DNA from: an uncultured Candidatus Rokubacteria bacterium
Lineage (GTDB): Bacteria; Methylomirabilota; Methylomirabilia; Rokubacteriales; DASRDR01
Length of the DNA stretch: 64,000 bases
Assembly (NCBI GenBank): GCA_963826115.1
Contig: CAWGVS010000010.1
Location: forward strand, 128,001 to 192,000
Reading direction: 5' to 3'
Part shown: in pieces, positions 20,192 through 30,428 of the stretch
Layout of the letters: each line of letters starts with the position of its first letter
How positions within the stretch are numbered: position 1 is the stretch's first letter
Position numbers and translations under genes: made by a program
The notes under the pieces: generated by a model
The model's input: only the letters and a program-made list of their open reading frames with translations
Told to the model about the DNA's origin: nothing
Databases searched by the model: none

Positions 20192-21553
20192 TCAGCCGAT
20201 CACCGGCCACTTCGACGGGACGGTCAGCCCGGCCCGCGCGATCTGCTGCCGCGCGAGCGCCTCCACCCGATCGAAGACCTCCCGCTCGTCGAGCGTGGTG
20301 AGGTGGCCGTCGTCGAGCACCACGCGCCCGTCGATGAGGACGGTCCGGACGCTGGCCCCGGTCGCCGCGTAGACGAGGTTGTTGACCGGGTTCAGGAGCG
20401 GCCGCCACTCGGGCGCGTCGAGGTCGTAGAGGACGAGGTCCGCGCGCTTCCCCGGCTCGATCGAGCCGATTCGGCTCTCGAGCCCGAGGGCCTCGGCGCC
20501 GTGGAGCGTGGCCATCTCGAGCACGCGCTCGGGCGGCATCACGCCGACGTCGAGGCGGGCGTCCTTGTAGATCGTGGCGGCCAGGTACATGAGGCGGAGC
20601 ATGTCGAAGTGGTTCGACCCGTTTCCGCTGTCGCCGCCGAGCGAGACCGAGACGCCGGCGTCCAGCATCTCGGGGAACCGGCCGTGCGCCGCCAGGCCCT
20701 TGATGTGCTTCAGCCCCGCCGTCGGGCAGTGAGAGACCTTGACGCCTCGCCGCGCCAGGAGGGCGATGTCGGCGTCGTCCACGTACACCATGTGGGCGAG
20801 CTTGGTGCGGGGCGTCAGGATCCCGAGGGCGTCGAGGTCCGCGAGCGGGACGCGGTCGGAGGTCCGGCGCGAGGGATGGGACGCGAAGTGCATCATGCCC
20901 CACCCGGTGCCGTGCCGGTCGGCCAGCGCCCGGGCCCCCTGCATGAGCGCGGGCGAGCAGGTGCCGAAGCCGAGGAGGAGCGGCCAGGCGCCGATCCGCC
21001 CGCCGGCCCGCCCGTTCACGCGCTCGAGCATCGCCTCGTTCTCCCGGAGCGCGTCCGCCGTCGTCTGCCGGAGGGGTCCTGGGCCGGCGGCGAGGTCCCA
21101 CGACCACCGGCCCAGCACGGCGCGCATCCCGACCGTCTCGACCGCCTCGGCGACCGCCGGGACGTCGAGGAGCGTGCCCGCCTCGCAGAACGTCGTCGTC
21201 CCGGTCCGGATCATCTCGATGCAGGCGAGGAGGGCGGAGACCTGCTCCTCCTCCGGCGTGATGGCGGCGTAGAGCGGGATCAGCCAGTCGGGCAGGTACC
21301 GGTCGACCGGCACGTCGTCGAGGAGGAGCCCGCGGTTCAGGTGCTCCGAGAGGTGGACGTGTGTGTCCACGAAGCCCGGGAGCACGATGCGCCGCCGGCC
21401 GTCGATGACCCGGACGGGCGGGCGCGGCGGGCGCACGGTCGCGGCGCGCCCGACCTGGACGACGTCGCGGCCGTCCACGAGGATCGAGCCGTCGGTCAGG
21501 ATCCGGCGCTCTGGGTCCAGCGTGATGATGGTCGCGTGCTCGATCAGGATCAC
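20192..21553 (-). CDS. Amidohydrolase (SsnA/AtzA/MtaD-like)
   Basis: LPGFVDTHVH, EMIRTGTTT, LAHMV, SHCP, LGGDS, GSIEPGKRADLV. Confidence 0.92.
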   Translation of the reverse strand: MILIEHATIITLDPERRILTDGSILVDGRDVVQVGRAATVRPPRPPVRVIDGRRRIVLPGFVDTHVHLSEHLNRGLLLDDVPVDRYLPDWLIPLYAAITPEEEQVSALLACIEMIRTGTTTFCEAGTLLDVPAVAEAVETVGMRAVLGRWSWDLAAGPGPLRQTTADALRENEAMLERVNGRAGGRIGAWPLLLGFGTCSPALMQGARALADRHGTGWGMMHFASHPSRRTSDRVPLADLDALGILTPRTKLAHMVYVDDADIALLARRGVKVSHCPTAGLKHIKGLAAHGRFPEMLDAGVSVSLGGDSGNGSNHFDMLRLMYLAATIYKDARLDVGVMPPERVLEMATLHGAEALGLESRIGSIEPGKRADLVLYDLDAPEWRPLLNPVNNLVYAATGASVRTVLIDGRVVLDDGHLTTLDEREVFDRVEALARQQIARAGLTVPSKWPVIG

Positions 21554-21563
21554 GCCCGGGACC

Positions 21564-22017
21564 TCAGAGCAGCTCGAAGGCCGTCAGCTCGACGACGCGC
21601 GGCCGGCGCGTCCCGCGCGCGACGGCGATGATGCGGCTCAGCCAGGCCAGGTGGTCCGCGCCCGTCTCGAATCGCAGCACGGTCCGGAAGTAGTAGCTCG
21701 CCGGGTCGACCGTCTCGCCCGCGGCGAGCCGGGCGAGGACCTCGGGTGGGCCGTGACGGAGCCCCTGGCTGTGGACCTCGATCAGCGCGCCGTCGTCCGT
21801 CTCCAGGGTGTAGTGCGCGTCGAGCCGGGCGGCCCCGTCGTCGCCGATCCACTGCCAGTCCGCGCCGCCCGGGGCGGACACGCCCGCCGAGCCGCTCGCC
21901 GCGGAACCACCCGCCACGGATGTCGACGACGCGGCGCTCGCCGAGCGGGGCGTGGCCGAGCGTCACGACGTCCGCCACCTCGACGTGGGCGTCGAACAGG
22001 GGCTGGAAGGCGAGCAT
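21564..22017 (-). CDS. DUF3237 (UPF0311) protein; frameshift near 21875
   Basis: GERRVVDIRGGWF, then PGGADWQ, LDAHYTLETDDGALI, DPASYYFRT. Confidence 0.88.
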
Positions 22018-22133
22018 GGCGCATGGTGCCGCGCGGGCCAGGCGCGGGCAAGCCCCCTCGAGACCGCCGCCACGCGGTCCCTTGACGGTCGCGCGACGCG
22101 AATGGTCTAGTGCGTCCCGGGAGGGCCCGAGAC

Positions 22134-23036
22134 ATGAAGATCGGCTTCATCGGCACAGGGGCCATGGGACGGCCCATGGCGCGGAACCTCGTCAAGAAGG
22201 GATTTCCGGTCGCGGCGTTCGACCTCCAGCCGGCGGTGCTGGCCGCGGCGGTGGAGGCGGGGGCGAGCGCGACGGGCTCGGCGGCCGCGGCGGCGGCGGC
22301 GGGCGACCTCGTCGTCACCATGCTGCCGTCGTCCTCCCACGTGGAGCGCGCGTACTTCGGGCCCGGCGGCGTGGTGGAGGGGCTCGCGCCGGGGCGGCTC
22401 TGCGTCGACATGTCCACGATCGATCCGGCGACCGCGCGCCGCGTCGCCGCGCGCCTCGGCGAGCGCGGCCTGCGCTTCATCGACGCGCCGGTGTCGGGCG
22501 GGGTCGGCGGGGCGGAGGACGGGACGCTCGCCATCATGGTGGGCGGCGATGCGCGGGACCTGGAGGAGGCCCGCCCGGCCCTCGCGGCGATGGGCGCGCA
22601 CATCGTCCACGTCGGCGCGGTCGGGGCCGGCGCGGTGGCGAAGCTCTGCAACAACCTGATCGCGGGCGTGACCACGGTGGCGGTCAGCGAGGCCTTCCGC
22701 ATCGCCGAGGGGTTCGGCGTCGACCCGAAGCTCCTGACCCAGGTGATCGCCAACTCGTCGGGCCGCACCTGGATCATGGAGCACAGCCACCCGGTGCCCG
22801 GCATCGTGCCCCGCGCCGCCTCGAACCGCGACTACGCGCCCGGGTTCACCGTCGACCTCATGTGCAAGGACCTGGGGCTCGCGGTCAACGCGGCGCGCGA
22901 GCTCCGGGTGCCGGTCGCGGTGTCCTCGGCCGCCCAGCAGGTCCTCCGGATGGCCTCGTCGCACGGTTACGGGCGGAAGGACGTCTCGGCCGTGTACCAG
23001 TTCCTCCAGGCCTCGCAGGGCGACGCGCCCGTCTAG
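22134..23036 (+). CDS. 3-hydroxyisobutyrate dehydrogenase-family NAD(P)-dependent oxidoreductase
   Basis: IGFIGTGAMG, DMSTIDP, DAPVSGG, GTLAIMVGG, KLCNN, KDLGLA. Confidence 0.93.
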   Translation: MKIGFIGTGAMGRPMARNLVKKGFPVAAFDLQPAVLAAAVEAGASATGSAAAAAAAGDLVVTMLPSSSHVERAYFGPGGVVEGLAPGRLCVDMSTIDPATARRVAARLGERGLRFIDAPVSGGVGGAEDGTLAIMVGGDARDLEEARPALAAMGAHIVHVGAVGAGAVAKLCNNLIAGVTTVAVSEAFRIAEGFGVDPKLLTQVIANSSGRTWIMEHSHPVPGIVPRAASNRDYAPGFTVDLMCKDLGLAVNAARELRVPVAVSSAAQQVLRMASSHGYGRKDVSAVYQFLQASQGDAPV

Positions 23037-23064
23037 CGCGGATCAGAGCCGGACGGAGGACGCC

Positions 23065-24585
23065 CTGAACATCGCGCGAGCCCTCGAGGGCGCGGCGCGC
23101 CACCTCCCGGACACGCCCGCGATCCTGTTCGAGGGCGGCCGCACCAGCTACCGGGAGCTCGACCGCGCCGCCAGCCGGACCGCCGGCGCGCTGGCCGCCT
23201 GGGGCGTCGCTTCCGGCGATCGGGTGGTCCTCTTCCTTCCGAACATTCCCGCGTTCGCGGTCGCGTACCAGGCCGTCCAGAAGCTGGGCGCGATCGCCGT
23301 GTCGGCGAGCGCGATGCTGACCACCCCGGAGCTCACCGCGCTCCTCGAGGACGCCGGGGCCCGCGCGGTGTTCACGGTGGAGGCGCTCTGGCCGCGGCTC
23401 GCGCCGCTCGTGGGAGACCTGGTTCCCCGGGACCGGGCGGTGATCTGCGAGGGCGAGGTGCCCGGCGTGCCCGGGCTCGAGGCCTTCGGCGCGGACCGAC
23501 CCGACGCCCGGCCCGCGCGCGACATGGAGCCCGACGCGCCGGCGGCGATCCTGTTCACGTCGGGGACGACCGGGCGGCAGAAGGGCGCCACGCTGAGCCA
23601 CGCCAACATCGCGTCCAACGTCTCCGCCGTGAACCGCTACATGCGTCTCGGTCCGGGTGACCGCCTGCTCGTCGCTCTGCCGCTGTTCCACGTCGCTGCC
23701 CAGAACGTTCTCATGAACGGCGGTTTCGCGGCCGGGGCGACGCTCGCGCTCCACCGCCGGTTCGACGTCCGGCGCTGCGTGGACGCGATCGAGGAGCACC
23801 GGATCACGGTCGTCGTCGGCGTGCCCACCATCTACATCGCGATGCTCGACGCCGGCGTGCGCCCGGAGTCGCTCTCGAGCGTGCGCTTCTACAAGTCGGC
23901 GGCGGCCACGATGCCGGTGGAGGTGGCGCGGCGCTGGCGCGCCACGTACGGGCGGACCGTGATGGAGGGTTACGGGCTCACCGAGACCTCGCCGGCCGCC
24001 ACCTTCAACCACGAGCTCGAGTACCGCGAGGGCTCGGTGGGCACGCCCATCGACCTGGTGGACGTGCGGGTGGTGGACGAGGAGGACCGGGACGTCCCGC
24101 CGGGCGCGTGGGGCGAGGTCGTCTTCCGCGGTCCCAACGTCATGCTCGGCTACTGGAACCGCCCGGAGGACACGCGCGTGGCCCTCCGCGGCGGCTGGTT
24201 CCACACGGGCGACGTGGGGCACCTGGACGCGGATGGCTACCTCTACCTGGTCGACCGCCTGAAGGACATGATCAACACGGCCGGCCTCAAGATCTGGCCT
24301 CGAGAAGTGGAGGAGGTGCTCTACCGCCATCCGGCGGTCCGGGAGTGCGCGGTCGTCGGCGTTCCCGATCGCGTCAAGGGCGAGATCGCGAAGGCCGTGC
24401 TGGTGGCGCGGCCCGGCGCCGCGCCCACGGCCGCCGAGCTCGAGGCGTACTGCCGCGAGCGCCTGGCGGCCTACAAGGTGCCGCGCGCCTGGGAGCTGGT
24501 CGACGAGCTGCCGAAGAGCGCATCGGGCAAGATCCTGAAGCGCGTGCTGCGCCAGGGGACCCCGGACGAGGGGCCGGTCCGGTGA
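23065..24585 (+). CDS. Long-chain-fatty-acid--CoA ligase family protein; probable CTG start
   Basis: GGAGGA RBS then CTG AAC ATC GCG; FTSGTTGRQKG, EGYGLTE, FHTGD, DRLKDMI, LPKSASGKILK. Confidence 0.9.
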   Translation: MNIARALEGAARHLPDTPAILFEGGRTSYRELDRAASRTAGALAAWGVASGDRVVLFLPNIPAFAVAYQAVQKLGAIAVSASAMLTTPELTALLEDAGARAVFTVEALWPRLAPLVGDLVPRDRAVICEGEVPGVPGLEAFGADRPDARPARDMEPDAPAAILFTSGTTGRQKGATLSHANIASNVSAVNRYMRLGPGDRLLVALPLFHVAAQNVLMNGGFAAGATLALHRRFDVRRCVDAIEEHRITVVVGVPTIYIAMLDAGVRPESLSSVRFYKSAAATMPVEVARRWRATYGRTVMEGYGLTETSPAATFNHELEYREGSVGTPIDLVDVRVVDEEDRDVPPGAWGEVVFRGPNVMLGYWNRPEDTRVALRGGWFHTGDVGHLDADGYLYLVDRLKDMINTAGLKIWPREVEEVLYRHPAVRECAVVGVPDRVKGEIAKAVLVARPGAAPTAAELEAYCRERLAAYKVPRAWELVDELPKSASGKILKRVLRQGTPDEGPVR

Positions 24586-25701
24586 CGCCCTCCCGCCCGG
24601 GGCCGTTCCGCGCCGAGCACGTCGGGAGCTTCCTGCGCCCGGAGCGTCTCCTCGCGGCCGCGCGCGAGGTCCGGAGCGGCGCGCTCCCCGCCGAGCGGCT
24701 CCGCGCCGTCCAGGACGAGTGCGTTCGCGAGGTCGTTACCCTTCAGGAGGGGCTCGGCTTCCGGTCCGTGACCGACGGGGAGTTCCGGCGACGCGGGTGG
24801 TCGGCGGGCTTCATCGATGCGGTCGAGGGCTTCGGGCTCCGGGAGTCCGCGCTCGGCTTCCGCGACGACGCCGGCGAGCGGGGCGTGCTCCCGTCGCCCT
24901 ACGCGCGCGCGCCGCTCCGGCGCGCGCGCGAGATCGCGGCCGGGGAGTTTCGCTTCCTCCGGGACGCGGTGACCACCGGCATCCCGCGGGTGACGATTCC
25001 CGCGCCGGACGTGATGCACTTCTTCCTCGGCCCGACGAGCGTGGACCCCGCGGTCTACCCGGACATCGAGCGCTACTACGCGGACCTCGTCGCGATCTAC
25101 CAGGCCGAGCTCCGGGACCTGGTGGCGCTGGGCTGCCGGGCCGTCCAGCTGGACGACACCGCGCTGCCCTGCAATTGTGACGCGCGAGTGCGCGCCGAGG
25201 TGCGGGCGCGTGGCGAGGATCCGGACGCGCTCACCCGGCGCTACGTCCGCCTGATCAACGACGCGCTGACGGCCTGCCCGCCCGGGCGTCGCGCGCTCCG
25301 TCCACATGTGCCGCGGCAACCTGAAGGGCGCGTGGATGGCGGAGGGCGGGTACGAGCCGATCGCCGATGCGGCGTTCACCGACCTTCAGGTCGACGCCTT
25401 CCTCCTCGAGTTCGACACTCCGCGCGCCGGGGACTTCCAGGCGCTTCGCTTCGTGCCCGCTCCGGCGCGCGTGGTGCTGGGGCTGGTCAGCACGAAGACG
25501 CCCATCCTCGAGTCGGCCGACGCGTTGAAGCGCCGGATCGACGAGGCCGCGCGCTACGTGCCCCTCGAGCGGCTCGGGCTCTCGCCCCAGTGCGGGTTCA
25601 GCTCCGCGCCGGGGTCGGGCCAGCCGATCACCGCCGACGACCAGCGACGGAAGCTGGAGCTGGTGCTCCGAGTCGCGCGGGACGTCTGGGGGGCGAGCTA
25701 G
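24582..25701 (+). CDS. Cobalamin-independent methionine synthase II family protein, paralog 2; frameshift near 25290
   Basis: GTGA overlap; FRAEHVGSFLRP, TDGEFRR, QLDD, then HMCRGN, LLEFD, LSPQCGFSS. Confidence 0.88.
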
Positions 25702-25938
25702 GCTAGGCCGGACGGCGCGGCGCGCGGCGGGCCGTTAGCCCGCCCGGGCGCCGCCGGCCCGCGCCACCTGACACCACGGACCCAGCCAGGGAAACGCTTG
25801 CGGGAAGTGCAGCACGCTCCGGCGCGCCGACCGAGTGATCCAGACGGGGAGCTTGATCAGGCGCTCCCGCAGCGTCGCGACCTGGGCCTCCGCGCAGGTC
25901 GTCCCCTGGCGTAGATACTTCAGACGCGAGAGCCATTC

Positions 25939-25968
25939 TTGTCACTCGCCGAACGACAGTGGTACTCT
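25939..25968 (+). promoter_or_regulatory. Sigma70-like promoter candidate for the glycan island
   Basis: TTGTCA-N18-TACTCT with upstream TG. Confidence 0.35.
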
Positions 25969-26002
25969 TCGCTGAATCTAGCTGAATTTGCGTGACGCGC
26001 CA

Positions 26003-29000
26003 ATGACGGCCCACAAGGTTCCACCGGGATGGACGGGCGAGCGGTATGTCCCTGAGATCGGTGGGAACATCCGCTTCGAGCACCTGCACCGGTACCTCAT
26101 CGCCAGAGAGTTATCCCGGAACAAGCGTGTTCTCGACATCGCGTGCGGCGAAGGGTACGGCGCGGCGATTCTCGCTTCCGTCGCGTCGCACGTGGTCGGA
26201 GTCGATATTGCCGGCGACGTCGTGGCGCAAGCGTCTTCCGCGTACGCCGCTCCGAATGTCGAGTTCATCGAGGGATCGTGTGAGGCGATCCCATTGCCAG
26301 ATCACGCCGTCGACGTCGTGGTGAGTTTCGAAACGATCGAACACGTTGGCGATCACCAGGGCATGATGCGCGACATTCGCCGGGTTCTGCGCCCCGGCGG
26401 ACTACTGGTGATGTCGAGCCCGGATCGTTGCGAGTACTCGGACGCGATCGGCACCCGGAACCCGTTTCACGTCAAAGAGCTCGATCGCGAGGAGCTCGAA
26501 CGCCTGTTGCGATCATATTTCTCGAACGTGGCTCTGGCCGGTCAGCGCATTCAGGGCGGATCGATCGTGGGCCCTCTCGACGAATCGACCAGGAGCCGAT
26601 TCGTGAGCTTTCCTTCTGCGGACTCGAACGCGACCGGTGTGCGGGGAATGCACGCGCCCGTCTATCTCCTCGCGCTGGCCTCTGATGAAGGGCTTCCGGC
26701 CATGCCCGTCGGACTGCTTGATGGCGGCGCGTTCACGTGGCAGTCGAACCTCGAGGAATTGTTGTCGCAGGCTCACGCTCAATGCGCCGTTGAGATCGGC
26801 AGACGTCTCGGCGATGTTGTCCGGCTCGGAGGGGCCACCACCGAGACCATCCGCGCGGAGTTCATTCGGCAGGTCGATCGAGTCTCAGCGCTGTCACACG
26901 CAACCTCGGAGGTCCGCGGCGCCCTCGCGGCCGCACACAGCGAACTGGCGGCCGCCCGCGAGCATGGGCGTCGGTTGGAAGAGCACGTCGCCGAGTTGGC
27001 GTTTCGACTGGATATCTTGGAACAGAGCCATTCATGGCGGCTCACCGCGCCATTTCGAGCCGCCCGTCGCGTCCTGGCAACGGCAATGCGTCGCGTTCGA
27101 TCGCGCCCCCGTCTACCTCTCGATGGTCCCACGTCTCCCAAGCACGAGCCAGCTCCTGTCGCCAAAACCGTCGAGCAGCGTTCCGCCAACGCAAACCGAC
27201 CGTCAATCGTGTGCGTCTCTCACGACGCGCACCTCCATGGAGCTCAGCTGATTGCCCTGAATCTGGTGCGCGTCCTGGAACGCACGCTGAACTACGACGT
27301 GCACGTCATCATGTACGGTCCGGGTCTCCTGATGCCGGAGTTTGAGGCGGTGTCCCAGGTGTACGATTTCGCGCGTCCGGCGCTGACCCGGGAAGACAAG
27401 CTTGCCGTCGTCCGTGAGCTGTTTGCGCGCGGCGCCCGTATCGCCATCTGCAATACCTCGGTCGTGGGCGAGGCGGTGGAGTTGTTCAAGAGTGCCGGGT
27501 TGTCGGTCGTGTCGCTGGTCCACGAGCTCCCGCAGACCATTCGAGAGCTTTCCCTGCAAGAGTCTGTCGAGCGCATCGCGACTCACGCCGATCACGTCGT
27601 GTTTCCCGCCGACATGGTGAGGGACACCTTCAGGTCGCTTGTCGATCTGCCCTTGACGCGTTGCGTCGTTCAACCGCAAGGTTTGTTCGCCCCGAGCGCG
27701 TACTTTGGGCGGCGAGACGCGGCCAGGCGAGAACTACGGGCTCGGCTTGGGCTGCCCGCCAGCGCCCGAATCGTGCTCGGTGTGGGCTTTGCGGATCAAC
27801 GGAAGGGCATCGACTGGTTCGTTCAGGCGGGCCTCCGCGTCATCGCTCGGCGAGACGATGTCGTTTTCGTGTGGGTCGGGGCCCAGGAGCCGTCGGCGTT
27901 CGCGACGGTCCGCGCCCGCCTGGACAGTGCGGGATCGAATGCACGCTTTCTGTTTCCCGGGCCGATCAGAGATGCCCAGCTCTTCTATGCCGGCGCCGAT
28001 GCGTATCTGATGACGTCACGCGAAGACCCGTTTCCGAGTGTGATACTCGAAGCGCTGGACGCCGGGCTTCCGGTGATTGGATTCGAGGGCGCGGGCGGTT
28101 TTGCCGAGCTGCTTCGACGCGGCTGCGGCGTCCTGGTTCCGTTCGGCGACACCAGCGAAATGGCGGCCGCTCTGCTGCGACTGCTCGACTCTCCCGCCGA
28201 AGGCAACGACTTCGCGAGAGTGGGCCGCGAGATCCTCGCGCGGGAGTTCTCATACGTGAACTACGCGCGAGTTCTCGTCGAGCTGGTCTCGGCCCGCAGG
28301 CCGAAGGTGTCTGTCGTCGTGCCGAACTACAACTACGCACGGCACCTTCCGGCGCGACTCAAGTCGATCGTCCGGCAGACGTATCCGCCGCATGAAATCA
28401 TCTTCCTCGACGATTGCTCGAGCGACGACAGCGTCGACGTCGCGACGCCCATTCTGCACGCGTCAGGGCTGTCCTATCGCATCATCACCAACGTGGCGAA
28501 TCAGGGAACGTACCGCCAGTGGCTGCGGGGAATGCGCGAGGCGACCGGTGATCTGATCTGGATCGCCGAGGCAGACGACGACTGCGCCCCTGAGCTGCTG
28601 GAGCGGCTGGTGCCGCAGTTCGAGCGTCCCGACGTGATGCTGGCGTACTGCCAGTCCCGGCCGATCGACGAGCAGGGACGCGAGATCGCGCCGGACTACC
28701 TCGCGCATACCGCTGACATCAGCGACACGAAGTGGCGTCGAGCGTACGTTCGACCTGGGCTCGACGAGATCACCGACACGTTGGTCGTGAAGAACACCAT
28801 CCCGAATGTCAGTGCGGTTCTGATGCGCCCCCCCGACCTATCCGGAATCGAACAGCAACTGCTCGGCCTCAGAAACACCGGCGACTGGCTGGTGTACGTC
28901 CACATTCTCGAACAGGGGAGCATCGCCTTCGTGGCAGAGGCCCTGAACTTCCATCGCCGCCATTCCGCGAGCGTCACGATCGGGCACGGCGGTCTCAACC

Positions 29001-29188
29001 TGATGCGAGAAACCCTGATCGTGCAGCAGCACGTGCTCCATCGCCATGGGATTTCGCCGGACGTCGAGACGAAGCGCCAAGCCAGCCTCCAGGCGACCTA
29101 CGAGATTCTAGGCCTTCACGCCGAGGGCCCGCCATCCTACAGGGATCACGACTCCCTAAGGATGGCCGATCCAACGTCGACCGGGTAA
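26003..29188 (+). CDS. Multidomain SAM methyltransferase + coiled coil + GT4 + GT2 (WsaE/WbdD-like architecture)
   Basis: WTGERYVP...EHLHRY, VLDIACGEGYG, SFETIEH; coil ending SHSWRLTAPFR; SHDAH..GAQ, SREDPFPSVILEA; VSVVVPNYNY, LDDCSSD, WIAEADD. Confidence 0.9.
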   Translation: MTAHKVPPGWTGERYVPEIGGNIRFEHLHRYLIARELSRNKRVLDIACGEGYGAAILASVASHVVGVDIAGDVVAQASSAYAAPNVEFIEGSCEAIPLPDHAVDVVVSFETIEHVGDHQGMMRDIRRVLRPGGLLVMSSPDRCEYSDAIGTRNPFHVKELDREELERLLRSYFSNVALAGQRIQGGSIVGPLDESTRSRFVSFPSADSNATGVRGMHAPVYLLALASDEGLPAMPVGLLDGGAFTWQSNLEELLSQAHAQCAVEIGRRLGDVVRLGGATTETIRAEFIRQVDRVSALSHATSEVRGALAAAHSELAAAREHGRRLEEHVAELAFRLDILEQSHSWRLTAPFRAARRVLATAMRRVRSRPRLPLDGPTSPKHEPAPVAKTVEQRSANANRPSIVCVSHDAHLHGAQLIALNLVRVLERTLNYDVHVIMYGPGLLMPEFEAVSQVYDFARPALTREDKLAVVRELFARGARIAICNTSVVGEAVELFKSAGLSVVSLVHELPQTIRELSLQESVERIATHADHVVFPADMVRDTFRSLVDLPLTRCVVQPQGLFAPSAYFGRRDAARRELRARLGLPASARIVLGVGFADQRKGIDWFVQAGLRVIARRDDVVFVWVGAQEPSAFATVRARLDSAGSNARFLFPGPIRDAQLFYAGADAYLMTSREDPFPSVILEALDAGLPVIGFEGAGGFAELLRRGCGVLVPFGDTSEMAAALLRLLDSPAEGNDFARVGREILAREFSYVNYARVLVELVSARRPKVSVVVPNYNYARHLPARLKSIVRQTYPPHEIIFLDDCSSDDSVDVATPILHASGLSYRIITNVANQGTYRQWLRGMREATGDLIWIAEADDDCAPELLERLVPQFERPDVMLAYCQSRPIDEQGREIAPDYLAHTADISDTKWRRAYVRPGLDEITDTLVVKNTIPNVSAVLMRPPDLSGIEQQLLGLRNTGDWLVYVHILEQGSIAFVAEALNFHRRHSASVTIGHGGLNLMRETLIVQQHVLHRHGISPDVETKRQASLQATYEILGLHAEGPPSYRDHDSLRMADPTSTG

Positions 29189-29321
29189 CGCGGCCAGCAG
29201 GCGTCCCGTGGACCACGCCCAGTTCATAGCGTGTGGACCGCGCCCGGGAGCTCAGCGTGGCCATGGCAGGCAGCGTACACGCGTTGGCTTCGATGCCGGA
29301 GCCTCTGCCCAGTTCGTCGGC

Positions 29322-30362
29322 TCAGGTCGCGCGCGCGATGACGTGGAACCGGTCTGCGCGACCGGCCAGCGCCGCAATGCGCGCCGGAGGGCGCAGCACG
29401 GACGTCAGGACAGGGCGCACCATCATCCCGCTCGCGCTCGTATCGTCGAGGACTCCGAGTCCACGCAAGAGGTAGCCCAGGCTTCTGGCCGTGTCCTTGG
29501 TGAGTACCTCGTCGTACGTGCTCACTTGGCTGAAGCCCGTGAGCGCCAGCAGGCGGCGCAGCGTGTCCGGAGAGTACAGGATGACGTGTCGCGGGCATTC
29601 GAGCGGGAACCAGTTGTGCCGGAAGAGGCGGAACGCGAGACTCCTCGCGTTCGGCGTGGCCACGTGCAGCCGTCCGCCCGGGCGCAGGACGCGGCGTAGC
29701 TCCGTCAGCACCGTCCGTGGATGGTAGAGATGCTCGATGACGTGGTTCATCCGTACGACGTCGACCGACCCAGCCGGCAGGGCGCGCCAGAACTCCGGGG
29801 AGGCCAGCGACGCGCGGTGGCCCGCCCGCCGCACCGACTCGACGACGGCGGGCAGGAAATCGACGCCGAGGGTTTGCCAACCCCGCCGCCTGGCTTCGTT
29901 CAGGAATGCGGCCGACCCGCAGCCGAAATCGAGCACCATCGCGGCCGTTCGGTCCGGCGTATACACGGCGTCGAGCAGCGCGGGCAGCGGATCCGGGTAG
30001 CGCCGCGTGATCGCGGCGTCGATACGATTCGCGATCCGCCGGACCAGGCGGGTGAGAACCGCCCTTCCGTCGGCACGATCCGTCGGCCCCCCTTCCGTTA
30101 TCGCAGTGTCCCCGGAGCGGGGGAGACCGTCTGCGCCTTCGAACGGGCCGTAGTCGTCGTAGTAGTATTCCTCGATGCGCAACTCGTCGGGCCGTAGGGA
30201 TTGGTAGACCGCGCCGCAGCCATGACACTGCGAGTACACGAACATCCGCGCGTTCCGGCGGTGCCGCTGGTCACGGGCTCTGCAGATCGTCCGGCGCCGT
30301 TCGCTGTCGCACAGCGGACAGCGGGCCACGGACTCGATTGCGATGACGGTGGGCATGGCCAT
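29322..30362 (-). CDS. Class I SAM-dependent methyltransferase with N-terminal Zn-ribbon
   Basis: CPLC...CHGC, VLDFGCGS, MNHVIEHL, LRPGG, TPN, PRH. Confidence 0.88.
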   Translation of the reverse strand: MAMPTVIAIESVARCPLCDSERRRTICRARDQRHRRNARMFVYSQCHGCGAVYQSLRPDELRIEEYYYDDYGPFEGADGLPRSGDTAITEGGPTDRADGRAVLTRLVRRIANRIDAAITRRYPDPLPALLDAVYTPDRTAAMVLDFGCGSAAFLNEARRRGWQTLGVDFLPAVVESVRRAGHRASLASPEFWRALPAGSVDVVRMNHVIEHLYHPRTVLTELRRVLRPGGRLHVATPNARSLAFRLFRHNWFPLECPRHVILYSPDTLRRLLALTGFSQVSTYDEVLTKDTARSLGYLLRGLGVLDDTSASGMMVRPVLTSVLRPPARIAALAGRADRFHVIARAT

Positions 30363-30428
30363 CCCCGGAGTCCGCGCTGCCCCCGTGCCGCCGGTCCCCT
30401 CTGTCGAATCGGGCAAGGCTGATCGATA

